Of a stretch of DNA of 64,000 bases, positions 62,441 to 64,000 are shown one piece after another. Source of the stretch: Alphaproteobacteria bacterium (lineage in GTDB: Bacteria > Pseudomonadota > Alphaproteobacteria > UBA828); the NCBI GenBank assembly GCA_963422645.2, contig CAXXVO010000008.1:416001-480000 (forward strand), given 5' to 3'. The notes under the pieces were generated by a model. The model was not told where the DNA came from, did not search any database, and saw only the letters and a program-made list of their open reading frames with translations. Made by a program: the position numbers and the translations under genes. Positions within the stretch are counted from its first letter, which is position 1. Each line of letters starts with the position of its first letter.

Positions 62441-63286
62441 TCACTTCAGTGCACCCAGTGAAAGTCCCTTGATCAGATATCGCCTCATGAAAGGCAACAG
62501 AACGAAAACCGGCAGAATCGCGCAGATCGTCGCCGCCGACAGCAAGGAGATGTCGACGCCGCGGTGAGTCTGGAAGGACGATAGCCCGACAGGAAGAGTG
62601 TTGGTCTGCGGGCCGCTGAGGATCAGCGCGAACAGGAACTCGTTCCAGCTCAGGATGAAGGAAAGAAGGCCCGCGGCCAGAATCCCGGGCGCCGCCACGG
62701 GCAGCGTGATGCGCAAAAAGGTCTGCAGGCGCGTGGCCCCGTCGACACGTGCCGCCTGCTCCAGCAGGGCGATGTTCCGGTCGAAGAACGCCACCAGCAA
62801 CCAGGCCAGGAAGGGCAGGCTGATGGTCAGGTGAGCGGCGATCAAGCCAGGCAGGCTGTTGAGCAGCGAGGCCTTGAGAAAGAGCGTGAAGAGCGGCAGG
62901 ACCAGAATGACCGGGGGCAGCATCTGGCTCGAAAGCACGACCAGGCGGAGCGTCATGCCGCCCGTGTTGTACCGGGCGAAGGCATAGGCGATTGCAGCGG
63001 CAAGCGGCAGGGCGATGACGGTCGCGCCGATGGCCACGGTCACACTGTTGATGAAATAGTTGAAGAAGGGGTAGCCGGTGAAGATCTCGACGAAGTTTCC
63101 GATGCTGGCCTGACCCCATTCGGGTGGAATCTTGTACGCCGTCGACTTGTCGGTGAGCGCCACGCGGAGCAGCCACAGCAGTGGCAGGAGTATGGCAAGG
63201 CTGAACGCGATGAGCACGGCATGCGGCAGGAGCTTGGCGACGACGCGCCTGATGCGCCGCGCCGCCGCGCGCTGACGAAGCGTCAA
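62441..63286 (-). CDS. Sugar ABC transporter permease (MalG-like)
   Basis: LEQAARVDGA and SWNEFLFAL motifs. Confidence 0.92.
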   Translation of the reverse strand: MTLRQRAAARRIRRVVAKLLPHAVLIAFSLAILLPLLWLLRVALTDKSTAYKIPPEWGQASIGNFVEIFTGYPFFNYFINSVTVAIGATVIALPLAAAIAYAFARYNTGGMTLRLVVLSSQMLPPVILVLPLFTLFLKASLLNSLPGLIAAHLTISLPFLAWLLVAFFDRNIALLEQAARVDGATRLQTFLRITLPVAAPGILAAGLLSFILSWNEFLFALILSGPQTNTLPVGLSSFQTHRGVDISLLSAATICAILPVFVLLPFMRRYLIKGLSLGALK

Positions 63287-63471
63287 CGGCCTCGCCCTTT
63301 CGCGGCCTCTGTGCCCGCGCTGCGCTGCGGTCCCTTCATCTTCTCACACGACTATGCCCTGGTCGCGGCCCGGTTTTGTTGCCAGCCGGGCAACCGCTCG
63401 TAAGGCTCGACAGTTAACCGGGATCGCCACGCCGAATCCAGGGGCAATCAGCAGCCCCTTAGGCAGGCCGC

Positions 63472-63951
63472 TCAGCCCGGCGCGGCGCTTTTGAGCCAGC
63501 GTGCGAGCGCCTTGTCGGGATCGGCGATTTCCTCCACCGAGCCGTACCAGCAATCCTCCCAGCCGACCTCGGGCAGGCCGGTGAACACCATCAGGTTGAG
63601 CGGATAGGCCTCGCTGTCGGTGCAGCGGCGGAAGTCGTCGCGAAAGAGGAACACCGCCTTCTCCCAGGCGATGGCCATGCCGAGTTCTACCATCACGCCT
63701 TCGTCCGGCGGGCAGCCGTTGACCACGGCGAAGATGCCGTCGGCATCGCGCACGTCGCGCAGGTCCGCCTGGCCTATCCGGTAGGCCCAGCCGGCGGTAG
63801 CCTTGTCGATCTGGTTGTTGCGGGCGAAGGGCTCCCACACCTCCGCGCCGAGCTCCTCCAGCGCCGCGACCAGCGCCTGGAGCGGCCCATCCTTCTGCTG
63901 GGCGGAGAAGCCGTAAGGGTTTGCCAGATAGAGCGTCTTGGCCGCAGGCAT
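63472..63951 (-). CDS. Nucleoside 2-deoxyribosyltransferase family protein
   Basis: LYLANPYGFS, D..DV..AD, PDEGVMVELGMA and NLM motifs. Confidence 0.85.
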   Translation of the reverse strand: MPAAKTLYLANPYGFSAQQKDGPLQALVAALEELGAEVWEPFARNNQIDKATAGWAYRIGQADLRDVRDADGIFAVVNGCPPDEGVMVELGMAIAWEKAVFLFRDDFRRCTDSEAYPLNLMVFTGLPEVGWEDCWYGSVEEIADPDKALARWLKSAAPG

Positions 63952-64000
63952 GGCGCGCCCTCCCCTCTCGTGCCCCGCGCTGCCGCTACGCCGCTGCTTG

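Overview
High-GC (roughly 65-70%) chromosomal segment, most likely from an alphaproteobacterium (groES-groEL with a perfect CIRCE, ectoine hydrolase, DUF2147-like and DMT genes). The backbone holds housekeeping and catabolic genes: an AcoX-like kinase, DMT exporters, DsbA, an atypical Amt with a small partner, a dioxygenase/ABC/oxidoreductase/amidase cluster, groESL, doeA, a Sat-CysC fusion, periplasmic nucleotide scavengers, and an SDR-BtpA-FGGY kinase/ABC sugar cluster. Between 18.5 and 54.9 kb there are eight complete insertion sequences plus one IS-end remnant. Ends and target duplications were read directly from the sequence. They are two copies of a one-ORF IS66 element, an IS4-type element whose transposase is fused to a DUF4338/Mom-like domain, an IS21, an IS1595, two copies of an unclassified 2.5-kb element with 16-bp TIRs, and an IS66 element carrying a translationally coupled DNA adenine methyltransferase. 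The strongest candidate for a new system is this pair of IS elements that carry adenine-modifying enzymes. Both intact IS66 target duplications end in GATC. Other notable items: a Fic toxin-antitoxin-like cassette bracketed by a duplicated groEL terminator, an ATP sulfurylase domain with three broken catalytic motifs, an asymmetric ABC ATPase pair, and a low-GC orphan gene hit by nested IS insertions. Several single-base frameshifts look like long-read errors. No CRISPR array, rRNA or tRNA was seen. All family assignments come from motif recognition only; no searches were run.
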